The position numbers and the translations under genes are program-made. DNA of 64,000 nt, taken from positions 160,001 to 224,000 of the forward strand of contig JBLWTJ010000002.1 of assembly GCA_048270185.1 (NCBI GenBank), in the 5' to 3' direction. Positions within the stretch are counted from its first letter, which is position 1, and every line of letters begins with the position of its first letter. The notes under the pieces are model-generated. The model made no database searches, was not told where the DNA came from, and saw nothing but the letters and a program-made list of their open reading frames with translations. The DNA is from Bacteriovoracaceae bacterium. GTDB lineage: Bacteria > Bdellovibrionota > Bacteriovoracia > Bacteriovoracales > Bacteriovoracaceae. Of this stretch, positions 19,674 through 30,036 are shown in pieces.

Positions 19674-21806
19674 ATGAAAAAGCTATTTATTAGTACAATA
19701 CTGACAACAATGACTCTAAACACTCTTGCTGGAAACTTCAGTATAAAAGACCGTATCGACTCTCAAAAATTATTTTTAGAAACTTACGACTCACTATACG
19801 GAAAAAAAGAGTATGCACATCCTGAATCATTCTTTAAAGAGATTAAAGAATTAAAAGCAGGGAAAGAAAATAAGGTCGAAAAATTTCTAAAAGAGATTGA
19901 TCAAGTGCTTCCTGCAAAAGTGGCCATGCCTGTGACTTACTGGTCACAAGTAAAACCAGATCAAATTGAGCTAAGAAAGGTAATTAATTACTTTCTAGCT
20001 TATAAACTATTCATCCTCAGAGATTATATTGATAATCCACTAACAGATAAAAAGGATAAAGAAGCTGCAAGCAAGCTATTAGAGAAGCTAACTAGAAAAG
20101 GTATTAATTCAAATAATATTTCTTCTTTTTTTGGAGCGCTAAAACTTAAAGCTTACAAAATTGCCGATAGCAAAGATATTATTGATGCCCTAAAAGAAGA
20201 GGAAATTGTGACAACAGACTTTAATGAAGTCTTTGAAGATATCAACAACTACTCTCTTTCAGCTCTAGGCTTTGTTCCTTCAAATAAGACAGAAATCGTA
20301 TCAGAGAATGAAATCTCTCTTGAGAGAATTGATTGGCTTAACCAAAGAGTTATCTTTGCAGGTGGAAAGCTAGACTTTAATTCTGAATATATCAAGATGC
20401 CAACACCATCTGATCCAACAGGGAATATTATCTTCCAACAAGACCCTATCTATATCAAGATCCGAGATATGATTGCAAGCTCTCGTGAATCGATTTTTAT
20501 TGATATCTTCCTCTTTGGAGGAACACTAGGAGCTACTCTCTCAGAGTATCTACTTGACCAAACAAAGGAAAAATTAAAAAGTAATCCAAACTTTAAAGTC
20601 GTACTTCTTCACGATTATGCGACAAATTACAATATGCTTGATGAGATGATGCCAATTTTTGAATATATTCAAAAACGTATTGCAAACGATAAAGAACTTA
20701 AAAATAGTGTCTCTCTCCTACAGGCAAATATTCAACGCCACCCTCCGGGGATTCCATTTGGTATTACAAAACTAATTCCAAAGACGAAAGAAGCGATCCA
20801 ATATTTTGAATCAGGTAGTACATATTTTGAATCTAAAATTGACCACTCAAAAGTCATTGTGGTTGATGGAAACACTGAAAATGCACAAGCCTATTTTGGT
20901 TCTAAGAACTGGACTGATCACAGTGGTGGTTATTACTACGACGATGCCATTTATGTAACAGGAGCTGCTGCGGCCCTTGTCCAAGCTTCATACTACCGAG
21001 ACCTTGAAGCAGCTTTAACAGAAGATCCACAAGAACTTATTGGGTTCTACTATAAAGAAAAAGGTCTTGATAACCGCTCTTATCTTGCAAAGAAAGATGA
21101 AATTCTAAAGAGTATGGAAATTACAAAAGATAAATATCTAGTCAAAGGTGAATCAGTTATTCGTCTTGCTGAAGCTGACGTTGATGGAACAATTAAAAAC
21201 GTACGTAATATCTTAGTTGATATGATCTCAAAAGCAGATAAGAATATTTATATGGAGCAATTATTCCTCTATGACTCTTATGTCGTTGATGCTCTTATTA
21301 AGGCCAAGAGACAAAACCCTCTTCTAGAGATCAAGCTTGTTGTAGACCACAACGGAAACTTTGGAATGAATGGCCTACCAAATACCCTATTTATTCAAAG
21401 ACTTGTTGATGCTGGAATTGAAGTACGTGCACGTAAGACTTATGGTATTACAGCAAACTTTCCTGATGGATCGACAAAAGAGTATCATCAGGAAAACCAC
21501 AGAAAGATTACTTCAGTCGATGGAATTACAGTTCTTGGAGGATCTTCAAATATCAATCCAGATACTCTCCAGGGTTCATTTAGAGAGTTCGGTGCCCAAA
21601 TCTTTGATAAGGCCGAAGTAGCAAGTTTCGAGCAACGCTTTAAAAGAGATTGGAATGATTCGGAAAAGATGGAAATCCTAGATATCGAAAATTTTGAGGC
21701 CAATGTACAAGGTATCAAATTTGGTAAGCGCTCTTCGGCAATTATCAATGGAATTGGAAGTATGGTCTATAAGTCAAAAGACTCTATTGAAAAACGTCAT
21801 AAATAA
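19674..21806 (+). CDS. Secreted phospholipase D superfamily protein
   Basis: Two HKD motifs (HSKVIVVD..FGSKN; HRKITSVD..GGSSN); signal peptide from MKKLFI. Confidence 0.88.
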   Translation: MKKLFISTILTTMTLNTLAGNFSIKDRIDSQKLFLETYDSLYGKKEYAHPESFFKEIKELKAGKENKVEKFLKEIDQVLPAKVAMPVTYWSQVKPDQIELRKVINYFLAYKLFILRDYIDNPLTDKKDKEAASKLLEKLTRKGINSNNISSFFGALKLKAYKIADSKDIIDALKEEEIVTTDFNEVFEDINNYSLSALGFVPSNKTEIVSENEISLERIDWLNQRVIFAGGKLDFNSEYIKMPTPSDPTGNIIFQQDPIYIKIRDMIASSRESIFIDIFLFGGTLGATLSEYLLDQTKEKLKSNPNFKVVLLHDYATNYNMLDEMMPIFEYIQKRIANDKELKNSVSLLQANIQRHPPGIPFGITKLIPKTKEAIQYFESGSTYFESKIDHSKVIVVDGNTENAQAYFGSKNWTDHSGGYYYDDAIYVTGAAAALVQASYYRDLEAALTEDPQELIGFYYKEKGLDNRSYLAKKDEILKSMEITKDKYLVKGESVIRLAEADVDGTIKNVRNILVDMISKADKNIYMEQLFLYDSYVVDALIKAKRQNPLLEIKLVVDHNGNFGMNGLPNTLFIQRLVDAGIEVRARKTYGITANFPDGSTKEYHQENHRKITSVDGITVLGGSSNINPDTLQGSFREFGAQIFDKAEVASFEQRFKRDWNDSEKMEILDIENFEANVQGIKFGKRSSAIINGIGSMVYKSKDSIEKRHK

Positions 21807-21830
21807 ATAGAAGAATCTGATCGGTTGCTG

Positions 21831-22910
21831 TTATCCGCAGCAACCGCTTTTCCCACTTTCTTTAAATTTCTTAAGTAATTTTGGACCTTCAACAACTATA
21901 AGAGATCTTACAAGTAGTAATGAAAAGATCACAGCTAAACCAATTTCCCATGGACTTGAAGTCTCATGTGTGTGGTGAGCAACGTTGAAATTTAAAGGCC
22001 ATGCAAAGTACTGATAGAGATAATCTGTAAGGAAAGAAAATCCAAGTGCCACTGCTGCAATTGAAATTATATTAATCACAACACCACGCTTACCGATATA
22101 CTTACTAATAACTAAAATATTTGAAATATTAGTCGCAGGTCCTACTAGTAAAAATAGAAGCGCCATACCTGGACTCATACCTTTCATAACAAGAGAAGCT
22201 GCAATTGGTGTCGTTGCCGATGCACAAATATAAAGTGGAATCCCAACAAGAAGAATTGCTCCTCTTCCGGCCCAACCACTTAGACCATCAAAGAAGTTTG
22301 CAGGCAGAGCAAAGTCAATAAAGGCTCCCGCTAAAATTCCAAAAGCAAGCCAGATGGCCATATCATCAATCAGTTCAATAAATGCAAAGTGAGTTGAAGC
22401 CTTAAGTTTTTTTGCAAAACTTTCTTTCACAATTACTGTTTCATCTTTCTTCTTTGAACTTCCACAACAACTTGGCTTCACTTCAGGAGTTTCAAGCTTT
22501 ACGTCGCGATCTGTTTTAAAGATTAATTGCAATGTTCCAGCAAAGATGGCCGAGAAGAAAGCGGCCACAGGTCTTATGATTGTCATTGGAAGGTCCATCA
22601 TTCCATAAGTCATGGCAATGGAATCAACGCCTGACTCTGGTGTTGAAATAAGAAAGGCAGATGTAGCCGAATTAGAGGCTCCCTGCTTCTTTAACGTTGC
22701 CGCTGTTGGAATGACAGCACAGCTACATAGTGGAAGTGGGATACCTAGGACAGAAGCTTTTACTGCTCCCCATAATCCTTTACCACCCATGGCCTTCTTA
22801 ATTCTGTCGACAGAAATAAATGCCTTAATCACGCCGGCCACAAAGAGTCCAAACATGAGAAATGGTGCTGATACTAAAATATAATTCCAAAGTGACGTTA
22901 AAAAGCTCAT
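21831..22910 (-). CDS. Permease, DUF318/SO_0444-type metal efflux family
   Basis: GIPLPLCSC, STPESGVDS, PLYICASATTP, GPATN; CC and His motifs. Confidence 0.85.
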   Translation of the reverse strand: MSFLTSLWNYILVSAPFLMFGLFVAGVIKAFISVDRIKKAMGGKGLWGAVKASVLGIPLPLCSCAVIPTAATLKKQGASNSATSAFLISTPESGVDSIAMTYGMMDLPMTIIRPVAAFFSAIFAGTLQLIFKTDRDVKLETPEVKPSCCGSSKKKDETVIVKESFAKKLKASTHFAFIELIDDMAIWLAFGILAGAFIDFALPANFFDGLSGWAGRGAILLVGIPLYICASATTPIAASLVMKGMSPGMALLFLLVGPATNISNILVISKYIGKRGVVINIISIAAVALGFSFLTDYLYQYFAWPLNFNVAHHTHETSSPWEIGLAVIFSLLLVRSLIVVEGPKLLKKFKESGKSGCCG

Positions 22911-23046
22911 TTTTTATACCTTTTCCTATGGCCAAATATTACCAGAGAAATGGCGACAAGTCTCATTTGATGGGTAAATGGCCCTAATCACTAGACAATT
23001 TTTATGTATGGAGCAAAAAAAGATGAACATTTTTTATATTTTTCTA

Positions 23047-23075
23047 TTGACGAATGAAACCGAAATACCTATATT
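23047..23075 (+). promoter_or_regulatory. Sigma-70 promoter of tRNA-Asp
   Basis: TTGACG-N17-TATATT. Confidence 0.75.
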
Positions 23076-23091
23076 AATTCTTACGAAATGA

Positions 23092-23168
23092 GGGGGCGTA
23101 GTTAAGTTGGTTATAACGTCTGCCTGTCACGCAGAAGGCCGAGGGTTCGAGTCCCTTCGCTCCCGCCA
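23092..23168 (+). tRNA. tRNA-Asp (GTC)
   Basis: Acceptor GGGGGCG/CGCTCCC, anticodon arm tctgc-ctGTCac-gcaga, T-arm gaggg-ttcgagt-ccctt, encoded CCA. Confidence 0.97.
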
Positions 23169-23223
23169 TTTTTTTTCATTTCGTACCCATTCAAGTTTTA
23201 AACTCTTCGGAGTCTAAGATATT

Positions 23224-23255
23224 AAAGCCGAGTTAACCCACTCGGCTTTTTTTTT
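23224..23255 (+). terminator. Intrinsic terminator after tRNA-Asp
   Basis: aaagccgagt-taaccc-actcggcttt followed by a long T run. Confidence 0.9.
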
Positions 23256-23453
23256 GTTTGCGGCCATCTGCAGGAGCAGATGACGCAATTCAACCCAGAA
23301 GCGACCACGATGGGAGCTTTCGGGTAACCAACTAAGCAATCTCAATTACATTTTTATAACACTGACTCTTTTTCCCAAGGAGGGTTCCCCGCAAAATTTC
23401 CAATCTATATTTATAAGTCACTGCAAGGCCCAAAAGTCTCGACGTACTACAGA

Positions 23454-24065
23454 TTATACAAATAAAAATTCAAACTGAGTAAACTCGTCATGCGGAAGCA
23501 TGGACTTTAGATATGCCTTGTAATGTTCTTTGTGGGAGTTCATATCACTAATCATGTAATAGAATTTTTCACGGAAGTCCTTGTCCTTAAGGCGCCCCTT
23601 CCATAGATCAGTTTGTAATGATAACTCTATTCGGCTAAAGAAAGTCCTTTGCATAAGTAATAAGTTTTCGTCACTAAAGAACATATGGCCATGCTCAAGA
23701 TCGTGAACAAAGAAATCGAGTGAGTTTCTTCGATGTAAAACGGGGTTATCTGTCGAGTGATAAATCATGGTTACAGGTCTAATCCCCTTAGCCTGATAGG
23801 CCAATACCTCATAAGGAGTAAAGATTTTTTCAGAAAGAACTAAGTTCCACTTTCCTGCAACCCAATTTTTGAGGCAATTAATGGCCTTACCTTTTATCTT
23901 CTTGAATTGATATTTCAGAAGAATTTCTTCATATGGTACCTGACCGATTAGCTGTGCTAGTCGTTGATCATGAAAGTCGATAGCGAAACGATTAATAAAA
24001 TAAATCATCGCCATCTGTGAATCAGCTACTTCTTTTTTTTTCCAAGATCTATAAGTTTCATCCAT
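23454..24065 (-). CDS. Hypothetical protein with HDLEH motif
   Basis: 203 aa ORF; FFVHDLEHGH. Confidence 0.55.
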   Translation of the reverse strand: MDETYRSWKKKEVADSQMAMIYFINRFAIDFHDQRLAQLIGQVPYEEILLKYQFKKIKGKAINCLKNWVAGKWNLVLSEKIFTPYEVLAYQAKGIRPVTMIYHSTDNPVLHRRNSLDFFVHDLEHGHMFFSDENLLLMQRTFFSRIELSLQTDLWKGRLKDKDFREKFYYMISDMNSHKEHYKAYLKSMLPHDEFTQFEFLFV

Positions 24066-24208
24066 ACTATAAATGTACTTTCAAATCTCAGAAACTCAAA
24101 ACTATTTCTTATCACTTTGAAGACGGCCAATAAAACGGAAAAACTGCATTAAATCTCGATACAAAGTCTTATAGACAGATTATAATTATTGAAAATTTTG
24201 AGGACGAA

Positions 24209-24748
24209 ATGAACTTTGAACAAATCATTCAAGTAAATGATAATATAACGCTAGAGCTATTTAACTTAGGTCATAAAAATACCTTCTTCGAAGCGATTCA
24301 TGAGCTTACTGAAGAAGACAGTTTTAGATGTGACTTACAAAGTAGATTTTCTAACTTGGGAAAAGTTCACAATATGCTTGATGACGCAATCAACAGAAAG
24401 CTGAAAAATGGAGGGTCTCCTGATTACTTCATATTCTACAAAGGAAGTCTGGCCGGTATGTTTGAATTTCATCCTCTTACAGAAGAAGACCATGTCGAAA
24501 TGGGCTATTGGTTGTTTGCCAAGTACCGCAGGAAGAAAATCCTATCGACGATAATTCCACGCATGATCACTTTTACAAAAGAAAATTTTAATAAGTCTAA
24601 AATTTTGGCGACAACTTCTACAGATAATATCGCCTCACAAAGGCTTCTCGAAAACATGAATTTTACAGCAACAGGAAGAATTCTTGAATTTACTAATTCC
24701 CGTACAGGAGAAATTAGTGAAGAATATGAATACTTCTATTACTTATAA
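24209..24748 (+). CDS. GNAT acetyltransferase (RimJ/RimL-like)
   Basis: EMGYWL...YRRK; NIASQRLLENMNF. Confidence 0.85.
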   Translation: MNFEQIIQVNDNITLELFNLGHKNTFFEAIHELTEEDSFRCDLQSRFSNLGKVHNMLDDAINRKLKNGGSPDYFIFYKGSLAGMFEFHPLTEEDHVEMGYWLFAKYRRKKILSTIIPRMITFTKENFNKSKILATTSTDNIASQRLLENMNFTATGRILEFTNSRTGEISEEYEYFYYL

Positions 24749-25903
24749 AGTACTTAATTGATTGATAAGCTGTAATGCAAAATCATATGCATCACGCCCT
24801 TCTGATACCTTAACATCAGGAGCAATTCCAACAGACTCTATAAACCGATCATCTCTATAGCTATTATATGTTGAAGGTATATTTAACTGTATTGTACTTT
24901 TAGGAAGCACTACAAATCCAAGGTTTCCAAAATGAACTTGCCCTGCTGAGTTTTCTCCTATTTTAGTAACACCTTCAATGTGCTCAAAGAAGTCTATTGT
25001 ACTCTCACATGAGGATGCACAAGCACGGTCTTGTAAAATAACTACAGGCTTAAGGGCCTTTGCCTTTATAATTGGTGATAATTCTTTATTAATTACAACT
25101 GTTTTCTCTTTTGAGTTTCTATATTTCAATTTATCTTCTTCAATAATTTTTAAAAAGTAATTCTTCTCATTTTCTGATTTTGAATTATATGAAAAGAATG
25201 AGAAAAGATTGGCACGACTATCTAGGCCAGGATTTGTTACGACCTTATACTGATGTCCATATGGTGTAGAGAATTGTCTTTGTCCTGTTAAGACCCTTGC
25301 TAGTTGGTACCCTACAGAATCATCTCCTCCACCATTTCCTCTTAGATCAACAATAACAAAGTCTACTTCAATCAAACGTGCTTTAATTTGCTCAAGCATT
25401 CCACTCCATTCCTTAGAAGAAGGTGACGCGAACCAAGAAATTGAAATAATAAGGATTTTATTCCCCTTAGAATCAACCTCTCTGAGAACCCACAACTTAT
25501 TTTCCTCAGCAAATTTTCTCTTTCCCACTTTTCCAACAAAGATTTTCCTTTCACATTTCTTAGGTCCAAATTGAAAAATCAGATGTTCATCTTTAACATG
25601 AGAAAATGACTTTCCCAATAACCTACAAAATTCTCCAGGCTTTATCGATTCAATTTTGGCCAAATACCTTTTAAGATTTTTTATGCCAACTTCAACATCT
25701 TTTTTATTTTTATAAAAATATCCTGAATATGACTTTTTGAGTGCAAACTCAACAAACCTAACGTCGCTATCGACTTCTTCTTTACTCATAGAGATGGGAG
25801 GCTTAATTGCTTTGGACGGATCATAAACTAAAGAATACGTCTCTTTGTCTGCAAGAGAACACGACATGAGAATAAAAAACAAAGAAGTTAGAAATAAGTT
25901 CAA
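24743..25903 (-). CDS. S41 family peptidase, lipoprotein
   Basis: IVDLRGNGGG, CASSCE, ESVGIAPD; lipobox LMSC. Confidence 0.88.
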   Translation of the reverse strand: MNLFLTSLFFILMSCSLADKETYSLVYDPSKAIKPPISMSKEEVDSDVRFVEFALKKSYSGYFYKNKKDVEVGIKNLKRYLAKIESIKPGEFCRLLGKSFSHVKDEHLIFQFGPKKCERKIFVGKVGKRKFAEENKLWVLREVDSKGNKILIISISWFASPSSKEWSGMLEQIKARLIEVDFVIVDLRGNGGGDDSVGYQLARVLTGQRQFSTPYGHQYKVVTNPGLDSRANLFSFFSYNSKSENEKNYFLKIIEEDKLKYRNSKEKTVVINKELSPIIKAKALKPVVILQDRACASSCESTIDFFEHIEGVTKIGENSAGQVHFGNLGFVVLPKSTIQLNIPSTYNSYRDDRFIESVGIAPDVKVSEGRDAYDFALQLINQLSTL

Positions 25904-26015
25904 GATAGTTACCTGTTTTTAAATGATAAATATTAGATTAATTATACCACAACTAAAAATTTCAGAATCGGGCGACTTCCCTTTCGCGACTTTCAATAGC
26001 TTTAATCAATTGAGC

Positions 26016-26453
26016 TTAAGTGATCTCCAAGATTATCGTTTTACTAAAGTATTGCAATTGCCAGCTTTGAGTTGCTTTTGCCTGTTTTGATGTAGGATTA
26101 TCCCAAGCAGGATAAACTCTAAAACCTCTTTTTCCATTAGATCTTTTCGATCTTATATGGCCCTTTTCAGCTAACACTTCTTTGGGAAAGAGGAAGTGTC
26201 CAATTTGCTCTTGTGTTTCACATATGATGACGACATAATCAAATCGATCACTAATCTCTAGCGGACATGTCTCCCCTTTCGGGTTTCTCTTCCACAATGT
26301 AACAAATTGTCCGACTTTCTGAGGTGTGGTCTTGGCTTCTCTTTGAATAATCGACAAGCTCCCTAATTGATAGGAGCAGCCATTATATTCTTTAGCCTCT
26401 GGGTTATAAACGAGGTACTTAGCACTGGCTTCATTTAACTCTTTAAGGTTCAT
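26016..26453 (-). CDS. MepB family protein
   Basis: AKTTPQKVGQFVTLWKR, GKRGFRVYPAW, QAKATQSWQLQYF. Confidence 0.85.
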   Translation of the reverse strand: MNLKELNEASAKYLVYNPEAKEYNGCSYQLGSLSIIQREAKTTPQKVGQFVTLWKRNPKGETCPLEISDRFDYVVIICETQEQIGHFLFPKEVLAEKGHIRSKRSNGKRGFRVYPAWDNPTSKQAKATQSWQLQYFSKTIILEIT

Positions 26454-26526
26454 TTAATGCTATTATCCTTTTCTATGAAGATACTAATATATTAAACCTT
26501 AAAATAAGTAATCTCGCTAATCTAAA

Positions 26527-27792
26527 TTACTTAGCCTTACTTGCAGCTCGTCGACGTCTAAAACTTTTTTTCTGGATATTCGACTTAGCACCATTATTTG
26601 AAGAGGCTTGTTGCTTCTTGTTTTGAGGTTGCGTAGGTGCTCCGGCAACACCATGAAATGGATGTTCTTTATCTTTGGGAATTTGGTAATTAATCGTTTT
26701 TTCAATATCTTTAAGAAGCTTCATTTCTGTGTCATCACAAAATGAGATTGCAACTCCATCACGTCCGGCCCTAGCTGTACGCCCAATACGGTGAACATAA
26801 CTTTTCGGATCATTTGGTAGGTCGTAATTAATAACGTGAGTAATGTGAGAGACATCAATACCTCGAGCAGCAATGTCTGTGGCCACAAGAACTCTAATAT
26901 CGCCTTTTTTAAAACCACCTAAGGCCTTTTCACGGGCTCCCTGAGACTTATTCCCATGAATGGCAGCAGAAGTAATCCCTGCTTTCTCAAGATGTTTCAC
27001 AACACGATTTGCACCGTGTTTAGTCTTGGTAAAAACAAGAACGTGCTCAATTGCTTGATCTTCTAAAATACTCTTTAAAAGTTTTGGCTTATTTGTTTTA
27101 TGAACGAAGTTAATCTTCTGATCAATTTTTTCGACAGTTGTTGACTCTGGAGTCACCTCTACTTTCTTAGGCTTCACGAGAAGCTTCTTTGAAAGGTTCA
27201 CAATATCTTGAGGCATGGTTGCAGAAAATAAGAGAGTTTGTCTCTTCTTTGGTAGCTTTGCAATGATCTTATTCACATCGCGAATAAAGCCCATATCAAG
27301 CATACGATCCGCTTCATCAAGAACAAAGGTTTCAAGTTGACTAAACTTTATATGATCATCACCCATAAGATCTAAGAAGCGACCTGGAGTAGCAACAATA
27401 ACATCCATCCCCTTCTTCAATTGTAGAATCTGAGGTCTTGGCTTAACTCCACCAAAAATGACTGCACTCTTTAATCCTAGGCCCTTTCCATATTCTTCAA
27501 TATTCTCATTAATCTGTGATGCTAACTCTCTTGTCGGAGTTAGAATGAGAGTTCTCATATGTCTTGGTTTCGTTTTAACTTTATTAGAGCCAAGATTATT
27601 TAAGATTGGTAATGAGAAAGCCGCAGTTTTACCTGTTCCTGTTTGAGCAATCCCTAAGATATCTCCACCCTTTAATAAGTGAGGAATTGAGCCAGCTTGA
27701 ATTGGAGTTGGTTTTGTATATCCCTTCTGCTTAAGACTTGAGAGAATTTCGGGTAATAGGTTAAGAGAATCAAATGAATTGACTGATGACAT
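26527..27792 (-). CDS. rhlE: DEAD-box RNA helicase (RhlE-like)
   Basis: Q motif, AQTGTGKT, PTRELA, DEAD, SAT, HGNKSQ, HRIGRTAR. Confidence 0.9.
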   Translation of the reverse strand: MSSVNSFDSLNLLPEILSSLKQKGYTKPTPIQAGSIPHLLKGGDILGIAQTGTGKTAAFSLPILNNLGSNKVKTKPRHMRTLILTPTRELASQINENIEEYGKGLGLKSAVIFGGVKPRPQILQLKKGMDVIVATPGRFLDLMGDDHIKFSQLETFVLDEADRMLDMGFIRDVNKIIAKLPKKRQTLLFSATMPQDIVNLSKKLLVKPKKVEVTPESTTVEKIDQKINFVHKTNKPKLLKSILEDQAIEHVLVFTKTKHGANRVVKHLEKAGITSAAIHGNKSQGAREKALGGFKKGDIRVLVATDIAARGIDVSHITHVINYDLPNDPKSYVHRIGRTARAGRDGVAISFCDDTEMKLLKDIEKTINYQIPKDKEHPFHGVAGAPTQPQNKKQQASSNNGAKSNIQKKSFRRRRAASKAK

Positions 27793-27949
27793 AGTAAATA
27801 TCCTTGCTTTAAAGCATTAGTGCCATTGCTTAATCCAAATACTAGCAAAGGCAAATATTTAAAATGTATCCAGATCAATACCCTTCATCTCTTGATTTAG
27901 GGTACAAGTCAATCTTTATCATTAATAGTGTAAAGTATATTTACTGAAA

Positions 27950-29338
27950 TCAGTAGATATTATCATTTTCGACATCAATATCATGCTTCTTCAACGGCCT
28001 ACCACAATCAAAAATATGAACTCTTTTACCTGAAAGCTTACCCTTTCCATCAGCTTCCTTAATGAGCCTCCCCCCTTCACATGCGGTCATTGATTTCGCT
28101 TTTTCAAGTTCACTCTCTGACGACCAAAGTCTTTGCCAAGGGCCATCACAGAACCAATTCCCGTTTTTAGAATTCCAACAAACGGCCTTAGCTCGTTTTC
28201 CAGCTACGATATCTGTTTTACTTTGATCTGAGACTTCTACAAGTGGCTTTTCTTGTTTGCTATTTTCTTCCAAGTCATTTACAGCTTCTGCAGCTTTCAT
28301 AATTCCATTGGCACTCTTAAGCTGAGTAGGAATTCGCATGATTCGTTCACTATATCCTTGATAAGCAATAGGATTCGCCTTGGAGCTCCCCTTTTTTACT
28401 GAAGGAGGAGTGTCTTGTCTTTTATACTTATTTCTTAGAGCATCCTCAAAGTTTCGCTTAGCCTCAGGGGTGTCGTAACGAGTAAACGTTGAAGCTTGTG
28501 AATTTTGCTTCTTTAGATTTTTCAACTGTCTTTGCTTTGACTGGATGAGCTTATTTTGCTCATTCATATACATACCCATCATATGCTGACTCATTGCTCG
28601 ATCAGTATTTATTTTCTTTTCTCCACAATAACTTCCCAACCAATAGCGTCCCTGCTGTAAGCAGCGCCTTCTTGGCGCATCATCAGCATTAAGTTTTTCC
28701 TGATACTTACGAAAAGAGTTCATCTGACTACCGTAAGCAGCAAGATCAGCTCTTGGATCAACTAAGTCTGCTAAAGTTAATTCCTCTTCACCTGCCTCAG
28801 GAAACTTCTTCAAATTATTTCTATGATGGTGAACCGACACATAAAATTTCTTGTAATAATTATTACCATATCCACTTTTCATTTTTACAGTTATTAACCC
28901 TTTTAAGTTTCCAACATAGTATCTGCCCCATCCCCAACGTGAGATAACCTCATAACTATAGTAAACAGGGTAACGCTGTTTAATTGCTCTCGTGACGACT
29001 TTGGCCCCTGGATAGATTTCTCCATCAGCTTTAGACATATCCCAGACCAACACATCGATATCAGCAGCAATTGCTAGAGGCTTAGTGCCGCGGCTGTATG
29101 TTTTATCCTTTCTCTTCATTAGTTTAATTTCGAGATTTTTAAATAGATTGTGAACCAATACTATTCTTTTAAGATCATCAGATTCTAAATCTTTATTTTT
29201 TTCTTTAATCCATTGTAATTCATCATTTGATAGAACAAAGTTAAGGGTTTCTATTCCTTCGCGATCAATTCTGCCATGCAAACCTAGTCGAGCACATGAA
29301 CTAAAAAGACAAATGAAAACAAGTACTCTAATTAACAT
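27950..29338 (-). CDS. Hypothetical lipoprotein with Cys-rich C-terminal domain
   Basis: Lipobox-like FSSC; C-terminal VCW..WFCDG..TACEG..FDCG. Confidence 0.6.
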   Translation of the reverse strand: MLIRVLVFICLFSSCARLGLHGRIDREGIETLNFVLSNDELQWIKEKNKDLESDDLKRIVLVHNLFKNLEIKLMKRKDKTYSRGTKPLAIAADIDVLVWDMSKADGEIYPGAKVVTRAIKQRYPVYYSYEVISRWGWGRYYVGNLKGLITVKMKSGYGNNYYKKFYVSVHHHRNNLKKFPEAGEEELTLADLVDPRADLAAYGSQMNSFRKYQEKLNADDAPRRRCLQQGRYWLGSYCGEKKINTDRAMSQHMMGMYMNEQNKLIQSKQRQLKNLKKQNSQASTFTRYDTPEAKRNFEDALRNKYKRQDTPPSVKKGSSKANPIAYQGYSERIMRIPTQLKSANGIMKAAEAVNDLEENSKQEKPLVEVSDQSKTDIVAGKRAKAVCWNSKNGNWFCDGPWQRLWSSESELEKAKSMTACEGGRLIKEADGKGKLSGKRVHIFDCGRPLKKHDIDVENDNIY

Positions 29339-29433
29339 AAAATCTCCATAAAAAGATTTTACAATAACATTTTATTTACAAGCAACCTGTAACAATTTCC
29401 GTTACTATTATCAATCTCATCAAAATAACTGAA

Positions 29434-29462
29434 GAAAAGCCGAGTACATACCTCGACTTTTC
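29434..29462 (-). terminator. Probable intrinsic terminator
   Basis: Minus strand gaaaagtcgag...ctcggcttttc just after the stop at 29481. Confidence 0.65.
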
Positions 29463-29480
29463 ATATTATAAACAAATAAA

Positions 29481-29939
29481 TTACTCACAGTAGAAAGTCT
29501 CATTAAAAACTAGGGTATCACCAGGTAGAGTTACGTGACCAAAATGTGGCCTATTTCCCCATTTCCATATCTCTAACTTAACTTCATTTTCATAAGGCTT
29601 AAAAACAAAGAGAAATTCTCCCTTAAAGCCATTCCCATTTACAAGTGTTCGATGATTATTTTCATATACTGTATTTCTGTGTTCAGTATAAACCGGGCCA
29701 GTCGTACGAAAACCAAAAAGGTTTCTCGATTTTAAATATGTAGCAAAATCGACATTGAAATCAGTTCGATCATATTTCGATAGTTCTTGACCGAACCCGC
29801 CTCTTTGTTGATATTCCCCCATTTGAAATGCAAAATTGTCATTGTTATCGAAGCATAGATAAGAGTTATCAGTAAACTCCGCTTGTGCAGTAATTGAAGT
29901 AAACATAATAAGTGATGTAATAAAAATTCGACTAAGCAT
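29481..29939 (-). CDS. Secreted hypothetical protein
   Basis: Signal peptide ending AQA; aggag RBS. Confidence 0.65.
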   Translation of the reverse strand: MLSRIFITSLIMFTSITAQAEFTDNSYLCFDNNDNFAFQMGEYQQRGGFGQELSKYDRTDFNVDFATYLKSRNLFGFRTTGPVYTEHRNTVYENNHRTLVNGNGFKGEFLFVFKPYENEVKLEIWKWGNRPHFGHVTLPGDTLVFNETFYCE

Positions 29940-29998
29940 AATCTTTTCTCCTTTTTTTGTTAGAAGCTTTATACAAGAGTCGATTTTTTTTTACTTAT

Positions 29999-30034
29999 CC
30001 AAATAGGACAATTTCTTTGCCCAAAATAGACAAT
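29999..30034. promoter_or_regulatory. Direct repeat pair, candidate AraC-family operator
   Basis: ccaaataggacaat / ccaaaatagacaat, 22 bp period. Confidence 0.5.
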
Positions 30035-30036
30035 GT

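Noticed and set aside
23140..23168. attL/attR duplication of the tRNA-Asp 3' end
   Set aside because: No second copy or integrase noticed by eye in the window
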